Positions 13,741 through 25,756 of a stretch of DNA of 64,000 nt are shown here, piece by piece. The first letter of the stretch is position 1. Every line of letters starts with the position of its first letter. Both the position numbers and the translations under genes were made by a program. The notes below the pieces were generated by a model that was given only the letters and a program-made list of their open reading frames with translations, did no database searches and was not told the origin of the DNA. Source of the DNA: Eledone cirrhosa (taxonomy: Eukaryota); assembly GCA_964016885.1 (NCBI GenBank), contig OZ024742.1, positions 123,504,001 to 123,568,000 on the forward strand. Reading direction: 5' to 3'.

Positions 13741-13949
13741 ATTTCAGCATACTTACATTCATTTCAGTAGTTAACAGTAATTATGTATAGCAACATGAAG
13801 TTGTAGGTAATTTCTCTTGAATTTAAACTGAAAATACTACTTTAAAGTCTCAAGCGAATATATATCCATATTGTATCTATTCCTCACTACCTCTCTTAGA
13901 AGTAAAACATTTTTTGCCACACATTAAGAAAAAAGAGTGGGTTTTCTTT

Positions 13950-14180
13950 TCTCATGCCAGCAACACAGCTACCATACAGGGGGGACTGGTGCATTTTTTT
14001 AATCACCAGCACGACCACCATACAGAGTGGACTGGGTGCATTTTGAAATGTCACCAGCATGGTCACTACTCAAGGTGGACCAGTTGGCTCTTGTCATGTC
14101 ACCAGCACAATCACCTTACAAAGTAGATCGGGTGCTGTTTCTTGTCATGTTACAAGCATGGACTGGGTACTTTTGTTATT
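13950..14180. repeat. Minisatellite (~40-45 bp units) derived from a family C segment
   Basis: About 5 units of tgtcaccagcacgaccacc.tacaaagtggactgggtgc.ttt; the same unit occurs twice at ~11490-11580. Confidence 0.7.
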
Positions 14181-16369
14181 GTGAGGGTGGAATTTTTCTT
14201 CATGGGAGAGCTGATTTGGAGCATGTCCAGCTTTTTTTTTACTGGTATGCATGAGTTGGACAGGGCAAGAAAGGTGCATCAGAAGTGTGGAAGGTGGGGC
14301 TTTCAGGAACGGGAACTAATACACAAGTTGGACATGGACATGGTGAATGGGATACTTAGCTGGTAAGAGAGATTTTAAGGCTGGAGAGGGTGAATGAGGA
14401 GGAAAATGCAAGCAAATGATGCAGACAAATATCCTCTACATATTTATTTCATTCTCTACACAAGGGAAGGTGGTTATTCTACAGTACAGCATAACATCAG
14501 AGATCTTGAGCCTGTATTGTCTACTTTCAGAGGTCTAATTATGCTAGGTTGGCTTTCTTACATCGTACTTCTTTTGTTTTAAAACTATACTAAACGTGTC
14601 AACAAAAAATATGGTGTAAAAATAAATAAATTTTCACACTTCCTTATATTTTAGAAATGTACTAAAATATTACAAATAGAATTACGATGTAGAATGATAA
14701 AAGAAATATGACGTACAAACTTTAAAACCATCACCTTCCATCTGTAGTTTAAACCCATTTATTTTTTTAAATGCCTGTCCAAATTGAGGTGTGTCATATA
14801 TGCCCATGAATGATATAAGCTGTCAAAAATAGTATACATGTGTATGCGTGTGTTCGACCAACTCTTCACTTCACATATGTAATTGCTTGTGCAGCTGAGG
14901 ATATCCTATGGTTCATCAGTTCAACATAAAATAATCAGTATCTTACACAAAAACAAGGACTGGCTTTAAGATGTGCATCCAGCCACAGCATTTTGCCTCA
15001 AAAATCATTTTCCAAATCATTCCAACGTAGTGAGAAAATATGCAAAATGTTAAATAGATATAAATCTTTTGGGGGCAGTTAGTATTTTATTTGCTTAATG
15101 AGTCACATAGACATTTTAAGCTTGCTTCATTGTAGAAATCCTGATAAAAATGTTATAATACAAATTATAGACACAAATATTGTATCTTTATATAATTACA
15201 TAAATTAATGATGTTTTATGAAAATTGGTGCCATCCATCATACAGAATTGATGCAAAATATTGAATAGTAAGTTTTTGAATTAATGACAAAAGCAAGTGA
15301 AGAAAATCTACTCAAATTCACATTGCAACAGTCATTAAATTAGGAGCGACCTCTTCTGAATTTTTTTAAATTTTGTAACATACATCAAAATATATTTTCT
15401 GTTTTTGTTAAAAAACTTTGAAAAGAAATTTACACAAAATTGTTACCATGTATGGAAAGCAAGCATAATTTTTTTATAAATATAAAATATGATAATGCAA
15501 ACAATTTTCCAATATCGAATTATCAAAGTTTGATATTTTTAAAATGAGATTAATTTTATATATTATAAAGATATTTGGATTACCACACTCACCCTATTTT
15601 AAAAATAACCTCTAAAAAGTGATTATATGGAGAGATTCTCCTATTCTTTTCTTAAGAGATTAAATATTTAAGTCAGATTAAAAGAAAATGCAAATATTTT
15701 TTATGAAGATGCCTCAGTTCGAAACTCATTTAATACATCATAATTTGCTTTCTGTCAGAGTTGAAACTGTTATTCTCCAATAAATGAGATTAGACTCAAT
15801 ATATGTAAACACATTTAAGAATATTTTAGCTTTGCTTTGAAAGTGTTCTGTGTTATATAGAAAGGAATCATAGGTTCATCTAACTTGGTATAACTATGCT
15901 ATTTGACAAAAGTCTCTGATAAATTTGTTGATTGCCTTTAGTTGTGAACATGAAATTATTTCTTTCTTCAATCCCTTTATTCTGAATATTGTCACCCACA
16001 TAAAACTTTTGTAGCTGGTGAAAATATATTAAACAATAATTGGTAATAAAACACATTTTCTACTTCTCTTTTTTCTATGTGCAAGTAGTTTTTTGTAATA
16101 ATCAGAAGAACTGTGAATAGTTCTTAAGAAATTTTCAAAAAGAAAAGAAACGTTAATCACTTTCACTGAGCCAATCGTTAATCATCATTACATCAGTCAC
16201 ATCAAAGATTTATGAGTCTATTCTCAACAATTACATTTACAATTTCTGTTCTTTCTTATCAGTCAGGAAGTTCAGATAAGTCCGTGATTTATTAATCTAC
16301 CCTGTGATTCTGTGGCTTGTGGTATGCAACCTTTTGATCATTTTCTCTTTGCAAAAAACAAAACCTTTA

Positions 16370-16570
16370 TCTTCTTCTTTCTCTTGGCCCACTTATTCCA
16401 AGGAGGGTCATGGAGCCCAGCCAGAGGGTCCTGTTAGAAGCAACTATCTCCGAATGATCCAGATGGGTCTCCAAGCAAGACGAGCCGAGCTCAATGATGT
16501 TATCCAACTATCTAGCTCGGAGTCTACCTTTATGTCTTCTGCCAGCTGATTTTGGCCATAAAATCTGTAA
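16370..16570 (-). mobile_element. 3' end of a second RTE-like LINE ((GAA)n tail)
   Basis: Homologous to 27350, 39555 and 47790; the family encodes GRPRARWLDN..EL..SRLG.. Confidence 0.7.
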
Positions 16571-19500
16571 ATCCGAGTTGTGACCTTTCAATTTGGAGAA
16601 GTAGTAACTCTATCTACAATGCCTCTCTCATCTCCGAGCTGTAATGTTATTACAAAGACCATTTGGAAGATCCCACTTTGGCAACTTGTATTTGTGATCA
16701 TATTTTTTCGTTCATTACCCAAGATTGACTGAATAATGTATAAAAATCTCATAGGTAACAATAAGGTCATTATCATATTTTCTTAAATCTTTGACTGTTC
16801 CATTACTGCATATGATGACGACTCCGCTTCCTCATGCAATATAGCAGCAATGAAAAGATTACCAAAACATCTGTCATCTTTATAGTTATTTATCTCGCTC
16901 AGATTATCATAGATTTTAACCACATACATTTTTTTATGTTGACTACCAGATAAAGAGAACTGTGGTTCATTGGTAGCAATGTAATCTTGTATATACAGTT
17001 TTTATTGATGTTTAGGTTAATCTAATTAATTCACATGTCAATTAAAGCTGACTGCTTATATTAACTTACATGTAGTTCTCACACCTGGTCTCAGAAAAAC
17101 TCTAGACTTTTTGATGCATCTAAGATCTTTTCATGTCCTTTTGGGGAATAAATGAGCATACATGACCAGTGGAGATATCACATCAAATATATTTGAAATG
17201 TTTAAATAATATTTTACAGTTAAATGCTTAATGCACGTCCACATTGTGAGACATAGATGAATGTATTTATTCATGTTGTCCCTTTCTTAGGCTTGTTGTC
17301 AACCAAGTCTTAGGCATTTAGGGATACGACTGGATATTCACTCACAGAATGATGTAACAAACTCTGTAGAAATGAATGGGCACTACACAGCTGTAGTAAT
17401 ATAAATTGTATACAATATTACTAAAATACACAATTGTCCCATCTTCGATAGCAAGGTAATTGGATGTTAAATGATGATGTAAATAGGTACTTTAATCAAG
17501 TAATAAGTTGGTTTACCATGCAGAGAAGGAACATGTGTGTAAAGCAGTACTTTTTGTCAGAAGGTTATATTTTCTGATGGCACTGAATAAATTGGATTAA
17601 GTGGTAGTTACTCTGCCTAATGATTTAGCACTTAGAAAACCTTGCTCTCTGGAAAACAATTCTGTCCATTACATTAGTCTTTTACTTTTCCTCATATAAA
17701 ACCCATTTATTACAATTTTTTACTGTTTCATCATCATCATCGTTTTTACATCCACTATTCTGCACTCACATGGGTTGGATAGATCCTTTTCAATATAGCA
17801 TCTCTTCACTCACTGCATTCCTTTGTCATCTCCTCTGTGAGTCACTCTGTTTACATTCACTAACAGCTGTGTAGACAAGCATTAGTTTGCTTGGATGTTA
17901 CTGTTTACTTTGTAAATAAGTAACATCCTATAGTTATTGACGGTAGGGTTGCTACACAGATGAAATGATGTGCAGTGAATGTGCATGAAATGATGCTATT
18001 GTGACATATGTCAACACCATCCCTTCATTAAACTAATAATATTCAATATGATGATGATTAGATATAGTAGATTAGCTTATGAGAACTACACTTTTAGTTC
18101 ATTAAATTGTAAATGTTTTTAGATTGATTAAATAGTTCTTTTCAGAACACAATCAGCAGATTCCATCAGGAGTGCAACATCTTTGTATTACACTACAAGT
18201 AATAATATGAAAAAAGCTATAAAACTATGAATTATTGTTGTTCTATATCCTGTTTTACATAATGGTTTGACTACATTATCTCAAATATAGTTTTAATTAA
18301 GGTTACATGAATTCTGTTAGTATATTTTATCATTTTAGAAATCAAGATAACATTTATTAATTAAGATAGTGAGAATAACATTGTGAGAAACTTATATTTG
18401 TCTTTTGTTCTACTCAGTTTAGCTTTTTTCCAATTGTGTCTAAATTTGTATTATATCACCAAATCTTGTACATTATTGATGGCTTGAGAAAAATAACTTA
18501 CTTTAATTAATTACCAACAAACATAAAAATCGCACAAAAAAAACAAAAAGACAAATATCATCTGAAACACAGAAATCTGTTTCCATTAAATTTCAATTGA
18601 AAAGTAATTTAAAATAAACTAATTTTTATTAAATGATTCATTTATTGTTTCATAGCTTTTTATATGTCCCATGACAATGATGTTGGTAATAATGATGGTT
18701 GGGGATGTTTATTATAATAATGGTGAGGAAGCTAATGGTAAAAATGAGCGGTATGAGGCTTATTCATTTACATACACACATAAAGTAGTTGATAAATACA
18801 TGGGTGCACACATTGCCACATATACATGTTTGCATGTACTTATGTATAAATGTATCAATTTTAAATGTTATTAATATTTATGTGCATTTTGAATAAATTG
18901 CATGATAACTAAATCAAAAATATATTTATATTCTGCCTCACTTTATTTTACTGTTTATCGTCTGCCTCACTTTATTACACTGTTCAGCCCCCAACTGAGA
19001 ATAAAATTGTGAATTATAATGCATTAATGATACTCTAAATATTGAAATATCAAGTTTTGGTTCAGGTGACCTTTGAGAAGAAATTATAACTATGATTTTA
19101 TTATGCAAAGAGAGGAATATGTAAAATAAGTATATTTGAGGCTTTTAGTTTTGTTCACATCTTGGAAGAATGTAGCATATAGCTCATTTTCTGATTGAAT
19201 TTTACAGAAAAATACCAAGATTATCAAACTGATAACTTTTCTAGCAAACAATTTTTGTGCTCATTTATTGATCTATGTACCTGATGACTAGCAAAACAAT
19301 ACATTTTTAACAAATCTTACAAACATTAGTTATGTTACCAGCATGCTTTTTTGGAAGGATGCCAAATCAATATATACATTTTCACAACGAAATGGTTGGA
19401 GTTGACATTCACTAGTTGATTCCTATCAGATAAGTTTGTGAATATTTAAAAGAAGCAAATAGTGAAGATTTAGTTATATATTGCCACATTGCTTTTAAAT

Positions 19501-19775
19501 AACATTAGTTATAAGAATATTTTTAATGGCTTAGCCAAGAATATTGTCCAGGGATTAAACAACACAAAGTAGTTAAGAATAGTTTAATTGATGAAAATAG
19601 ACTAAACACTCAGAAAAAGTATTACAGCAACTTTTCCTTGTTACTCTCCCAGTCAACTATTACAAAATTAGATTTTCCACAATATGTAAAACAATACACT
19701 AAATATTTATCATTCCAAATTATTTGCACATTGTTTTCTATTGCTAGACTAAAACGTCATTGTAAATAAGAGTTA

Positions 19776-19934
19776 GGCTGGTGGATTAGTGTCATGTTGT
19801 TTATGTTCTGAGTTAAAATCCTGCCTTTTATACTATTCAGGTTGATAAAATAAAGTATTAGTCAAGTACTGAAGTTGATTTAATCAACATTCTTCCTCTC
19901 CCAGATTGCTGACCTTGAGTGTGAATTAGAAACT
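19776..19934 (+). mobile_element. Old SINE family A (long subfamily)
   Basis: Degenerate ctgagttaaaatcc, gttgataaaataaagta, extra gatttaatcaac...ccc segment, attgctgaccttg. Confidence 0.7.
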
Positions 19935-19948
19935 ATTATCATACATAA

Positions 19949-20064
19949 GAGTTCAAATCCCGCCGAGGTTAACTTTGCCTTTCATCCTTACGGGGTCGAT
20001 AAAATAAAGTACCAGTAATGCACTGGAGTAATTGCTGGCCTTGTGCCAAAAGTAGAAACAATTA
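19949..20064 (+). mobile_element. Young 5'-truncated SINE A inserted at the tail of an older SINE A
   Basis: Starts at gagttcaaatcc; 17-bp TSD attatcatacataagag (19935-19951 and 20061-20077). Confidence 0.92.
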
Positions 20065-20329
20065 TCATACATAAGAGATAATTCATTTAAGTATCTACCC
20101 TAGCATCACTCTTAAAAGTAATATCAGTATTAAAAGAAATAAAATATAAAAAAATTATAACCAATTAGATATTGCATTTGATAATTGGATAAATTTACTT
20201 GAATTAAAATATAAGAGGCACATGCATAGCTGATAAGTGCAAGTTTGTCTGTGGGGTTAAAAATCTTGCTTTGCATCCATGTGAATTCAGGTTTGATCAC
20301 ATTTGCATAGCATCTTTGACAAGCATCTT

Positions 20330-20625
20330 TACCGTAAAATAGTCATGTAGGTCTCATGACAAAAAGTGCCCAGCCCACACTTAAAAGTGGTCATGGAGGT
20401 GTCATGACAAAATTTGCCTATCCCAGACTGTAAATGTGGTTCATGTTAGGAAGGACATCCAGAACCCACACCCAAACCAGTCCTATATGAGCAATTTATG
20501 ATCATTGGAGCTGGCTTGTATCACAATGGGGCATTGTGATACAAGCCAGGGCTGGTTTTGGTTTGGTTTCTGGATGCATGGGTTAGACAATACTAGTGTG
20601 GAAAATGGATGTTAACTGATGATAT
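20330..20625 (+). mobile_element. Family C element with internal inverted duplication
   Basis: gttaggaaggacatccag...tactagtgtggaaaatggatgttaactgatgat; contains a perfect hairpin at 20511-20549. Confidence 0.7.
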
Positions 20626-21012
20626 ATATATACAAGCCATAAACAATTTACCCAGTCCATCCTGTAAGAAGGTCGATAATAGGAAAGGCACCCTACTGTA
20701 GAATGTATGTAAGCCACATGTCACCCCAGCCCATGTGAAAGATTAGTAGCCCTGATTAAGTACTGACTTCATCACTGACACCTTATCTAACCCTTAGTAG
20801 GAAGGAAAATAATGTTGGATGAAGATGAGGATACACACACACATGACACAGCATGGGTTCACATCACATTGGCAAAAGGTTTTTTCCTGAAATACCAGCA
20901 ATCACCAATGTACATTTCAGATTTTTAAGATGATGACGTGTGATTTGAAAAAAAAACTTGATTGCTATCCTAGCATGTTGAGCGACCACATAAACTATCA
21001 TTATATTTTATG

Positions 21013-21127
21013 GAGTTCAAATCCCGCCGAAGTTAACTTTGCCTTTCATCCTTACGGGGTTGATAAAATAAAGTACAAGTAATGTACTGGGTAATTGCTG
21101 GCCTTGTGCCAAAAGTAGAAACAATTA
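21013..21127 (+). mobile_element. 5'-truncated SINE A
   Basis: Starts at gagttcaaatcc; 14-bp TSD attatattttatgg (21000-21013 and 21124-21137). Confidence 0.92.
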
Positions 21128-21529
21128 TATTTTATGGTAACTTAGATAATGTAGCAGAAATGAAGAAGTAGCTGTAAATTTGAACTTCTGACCAAAGCAT
21201 TTTTTTCTTCTTTTGTGGAAACAGATTCTGAATGGAATGTTAATTATTCTACTAAACCTTTTTTGAGTTTATCAGTAAACCATTCATACAGGATAATCCT
21301 TATTCTTATACTCTAGTTAGTGTAATCTATGATTTAAGTATTTGTGTGCAGTTCAATATTCTACATTACTTAAACTTTTGATACCACATATATAATCCAC
21401 TTTAACACATTTGATTGTTAAGGCAATTGCTGGAGGAAAAAAAAAACATTTATCTGTTATTGTTGTATTTGGGAGGATCTTGTTACCAATTAAACCATGC
21501 ACATTGGTTGAGTTCACTGTCATTCTCAG

Positions 21530-21790
21530 CCTTAATCTACCCACTGCAAGAGGAAGGCCTCCTCAAGCTTATGCCAATTGTTTTTCTTCTATGTCAGGAT
21601 GATTCATAAAATTCACGAGAACTTATTGATCCTATCTCTATATCTTGTCATCTGATTTCAAAGATTATAAAAACCTTGATTTCCATTCTGTACATATCTT
21701 AGTCCTTCTGTTCACTTCAATTTCCTCTTCATAATATGCTTCATATTTTGTACAATTGTTTGTCTACTTATCCATGGTTAAATTAGACAT
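21530..21790 (-). mobile_element. Possible LINE ORF C-terminus relic
   Basis: Minus-strand ...NWHKLEEAFLLQWVD* resembles the 'W..L.EAF..QW' ending of some RTE-type ORFs; otherwise highly decayed. Confidence 0.3.
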
Positions 21791-21812
21791 GGAATAATAT
21801 GACAGACTAACA

Positions 21813-22023
21813 TTAACCCTTTTGTTACCAAATTTCTAATGAAAGACCTCACCAATTATTTTGAAATCATTTAAAAAATAAAGATTCGAAAGAATTTAGT
21901 AATATAACTTTTTCATTGTTCAGCTGGTGTTTGGAATATAACAAATATTCTTACATAAAAAAATAGAGGTTTATATCATAGAACCAGTGGCAGTTGCAGG
22001 TGATTTGGTATCAGAAGGATTAA
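21813..22023. mobile_element. piggyBac-like MITE
   Basis: TTAA|cccttttgttaccaaat ... atttggtatcagaagga|TTAA: imperfect TIRs bounded by TTAA. Confidence 0.7.
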
Positions 22024-22715
22024 ATAGTGTTATAGAAAAGATACCATTAAGGATATGGCTTGTATTTCACTAGCTTTTTCTTGTCAAGTTAAAAATCATA
22101 CTCAGCTCTCTATATTTCAACTGTTATTAAAAGCATTTCAGTTTCTTCCTTACCACCTACGCATGTTCATGGTGAAGGCAGTTGTTGCATAGAGTAGGAT
22201 TTGCTCTATTATAGAAATCAATAAACAAAATGCATGATACATTTTTTTAACTTCTCTCATTTAACAAAAAAAGGCAAAGTCCCTCATCCCCTAATGGAAA
22301 CTGTTAATACAAATTGCTTTTCCTGTGCAATCAAAGTTGGTATGAAGTGACAAAGCTGTTTCATGAATTCAACGGATGATGTATTTCATTTTTCTGAAAT
22401 TTTGGTATGGACATTTTGGTGAACTAAAATAGAAATAAAGTATTCATTGATTTGAGTGGAAAATTATATTAGTGAACATTTAATAATGGCTATGTGGTTA
22501 AGCATATTCTTTGCAACTACACATTCTTGGATTTTATGCCACTGCATGGAATTTTGTTGATGGAAACTTTACAGACTGCCGGTATTGTTTGGATGGGATG
22601 TTGTGTAACTACAGTTGCTGCCGAATGCCCTTTTAGTTGCCATTTTGACACAGATATATGTAGTCTCTTCTAAAAACTGGGTAATATATATATATATAAA
22701 TGATATATATATATT

Positions 22716-23848
22716 AGTGAAAGATTGAAGAATAACATGGTCGGCTGCACAAAAGGTTTTATTTCTAGTATTAACAATTGTTTCATTGATCAGGTGAGTC
22801 TAAAGGCCGCTAATCACACAAAGTTGCATCACTCGACCTTAAATACAGTGTTTACCTCTGATCAAATCATAGGAATACTGGAGGTTTTACATATGGCATT
22901 CGTATTTATAGATACAACGGAGAATCAAAACAATAACATCAATAATAAAAGATAATAATAAAGAAGTGAAGAAGTTAGAATGAAGATGATAAAGATGTAA
23001 AAAATAAGTAAAAAAAATAATAAGAACAGAATACGATTGCTGATAATAGTGGTGGTGGTGGTGGTGGTGGTTGTGATTAAAATTACAGTTGTGGGTAAGT
23101 GTATGTGTGAGTCTAGACATGGTGAGTCTAGAGATAATACTAACATGAAACGAAACATTAAATACATACATAGTGGTCAAATCTCAGAGAGTTAGAGTAG
23201 AAAATAAAAAAAATAGTAACAAATTACAGATAAAAGATAATAAATTAAAAATTAAGTGAGAGGGGAAGATATACAGGACCGGAGACAGAGAGTGGGGGTG
23301 GTGATACAATGATACATGTGGTAAATGTCTAGCAGGCTGATTGTCTTATCTTAATGGGGGTGATGTGGCTTTAGGGAGAGAGAGTGAAAGAAAGGTTAGG
23401 AGATTTATGATGTTGATTTAGTGACCAGTTGGTCAGTTGACAGCTATTAACAGTGGGGTGGTATGTAGTCAGTACATTAAAATCCTGGTGGTTCTGTTTG
23501 AATTCTGAGATTGTTGGATTGAATCATGTTGGTTTGAAATTTGCGAACTTGGTAGCTGCTTTGTGCCTACAGAAAATTAATCATTCCATTTTGCCGTTAA
23601 GCAGCATTTTATCATACTTTAAAATATGGAACAGCTCCATATTGCAAAGTCTGCAGTGGGACATTCCATTGTTGTAGGTCCTTCCTCCCAATAATTTCGA
23701 CTATCTAATCACATATTCCTGGTTTGTGTCCTTAAGCTGCCAGATTTTATTGGCCAGCGTTTTTGAGTTCCCTAGTGTACGGTTCTTCACAGAGTGTCTG
23801 TGAACGTACCATCTTTTTTTTTAATTCCCCAGCCCTAGAACCTATGAT
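22716..23848 (-). mobile_element. Penelope-like element (Naiad-type) 3' fragment: GIY-YIG C-terminus, 3' UTR and pLTR with degenerate hammerhead
   Basis: 23848-23524 reads IGSRAGEL/KKRWYVHRHSVKNRTLGNSKTLANKIWQLKDTNQEYVIR*SKLLGGRTYNNGMSHCRLCNMELFHILKYDKMLLNGKME*LIFCRHKAATKFANFKPT* (CxLC...LLN...CRH motif). Hammerhead-like fold and AATAAA at the 3' end; (TA)n on both flanks. Confidence 0.85.
22767..22879 (-). ncRNA. Degenerate type I hammerhead ribozyme
   Basis: Stem I AGTATT/AATACT; core CCTATGA (2 changes from CTGATGA); long stem II TTGATCAG/CTGATCAA; GAAA; palindromic stem III ACAATTGT. Confidence 0.6.
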
Positions 23849-23865
23849 ATATATATATATATATA

Positions 23866-24050
23866 TCATCATCATCATCTCTGTTTAACGTTTTCCATGT
23901 TAGCATGGGTTAGACAAGTTGTCCCATTGTCAGATCAGATGACTGTGCCTTGATCATACAGAACTGTTTCTGGCTTGATTTTCACAGCTGGATGCCCTTC
24001 CTAATGCCAACCACATTCATTGTGTGGACTGGGTACTTTTTCTCCTGGCA
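23866..24050 (-). mobile_element. Family C element
   Basis: (cat)n-gtttaacgttttccatgttagcatgggtt...cagctggatgcccttcctaatgccaaccac. Confidence 0.8.
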
Positions 24051-25430
24051 TCCAATGCATGTTTGTGTTTATTTGTGTCTCTGTTCCTTTCCCTTTATAT
24101 TTGATGTCAATGTTGCAGGTGGTAATAATTACTTTATGTTCCATGTAAACAGGTGTCTCATTGCTCAAGTGTGAATTTGTATCAAGAGGGGAATCTGGCT
24201 ACAGAACTGTGCTTAAAAGGATATCTATCTCATACTAGTGTGGAGAATCTGATGTAAAACTGATCATAATTTCAAGAATCTGTTGTTTTGCAAAGTTCCT
24301 CAGAATGTTCAATGAGAATTATGTGCTGAAATGATATTAGAGATGGGAACATGAATATGAATATATCTAGTGAAATTTATGTGAAATAATTACTAAAATA
24401 TAAAGATAAAACTCAATGTTAAGCTGATATCTTAAGGCAGTAAAGAAATTTATAAAAATCAGTTAACATAATATTTCTTAAAATATGTTCATGAATCTCT
24501 AGTTAAATCTATAAACTTTAAAAGTTAGATAATTTCAAAATACTGCTTAACATTCACAGTTCAATATTTATAATGTTGAAGCTTAAGAAGTAATTAAGGA
24601 AATTAGAATATTTTTCAGCCTAGGGGATTTCAAAAGAATAACATATACTGTGAACAACAAAATGCTTGAACCAACATGCAACCTAAGAGGTAATTAAACA
24701 TGTAACTTATTCTGTTTTACATAAATACATTATATTTTAAACAATTTGAGAATTATTAGATTATTCAACTTACTTTCATACGCCAATTACATTTTCAGAA
24801 AACACAGCAGGTTACAATGGAATCCTTTGACTGTTATGAGTAATGACCTATATAATATTGAAGAAAGAAAAAAACCTGTTTGTACCAATCTAACATTGAT
24901 AAGAGCAATGTAAATTTTATGTGTGAGTGTATGTTTAAGTTACTCTTCTTATTAGGTATGCATGTTCCATCTTCAAAACCAAACCAAACCAAATGAAATC
25001 AAAACATGTTCATTCTGAATCATTTTATAAGCAGATTATATATTAACAGAAAATAAATGAAATAGACTGCTTCATGTATGTGGTTAGTTCATATGATGAT
25101 TTCTGAATTTATATCACATTTCAGATGTGTAACAATGAGATTGGACTAGTATGGTGGCTTATTCTTGATCTGTATTTAGTTAGACAACTACCATTTGTCA
25201 AATGTAATAAAAGTATTCAAGAATCAGTGATTTGTTTTATGTTCAAATCTCAGGGATGCAAAGCCAATAACATTGACAATATCCTTTCCATTTCAATATA
25301 TCTTTCACTACAGAGATAAAAGGTTCTATGCTAATATTTGGACACATACTATAAGATATTTCATCCGCCCAAACAAATAACCTCTTTAACTTTGACCATT
25401 AAAGTGAACCATAGCATCAATATAATATCA

Positions 25431-25538
25431 TTAACTCTCTCATTATCATTCTTATCTAATAAAGTAGACGGCTTGTGTGCTTTAATTAATTTTGAAACTA
25501 GAGGGCTGTTTCAGGTGGTTTGATATCAGAAGGGTTAA
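25431..25538. mobile_element. Shorter degenerate copy of the piggyBac-like MITE
   Basis: Right end caggtggtttgatatcagaagggTTAA matches ~21997-22023. Confidence 0.5.
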
Positions 25539-25664
25539 TGTCCTGGAAATGTCATGGACACTATCTCCTTTTTGATTATTTCTTTTTCAAATTACAGCAT
25601 AGCAATTGAAGAATATGTATCGTGAAAAATATAATTTGAAAAAATGCCTAGAACAGTATAATTA

Positions 25665-25756
25665 AAATCACACACTGGTACTCAAATAAATCACACACTG
25701 ATACTCAAATAAATCACACACTGGTACTCAAATAAATCACACACTGGTACTCAATA
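25665..25756. repeat. 23-bp tandem repeat x4
   Basis: aaatcacacactggtactcaaat in four near-identical contiguous units, with no spacers. Confidence 0.95.

Noticed and set aside
14690-14835. Possible pogo/Tigger-like terminal sequence
   Set aside because: Only vague similarity and no matching opposite TIR found.
23575-23600. In-frame TGA in the Naiad-like endonuclease as selenocysteine
   Set aside because: It falls at a normally hydrophobic position (E-*-L-I-F-C-R-H), not a Cys position, and the copy also has a TAG stop and a frameshift; simple decay is likelier.
25665-25756. CRISPR-like array
   Set aside because: Contiguous 23-bp units with no spacers, no cas genes, eukaryotic context.
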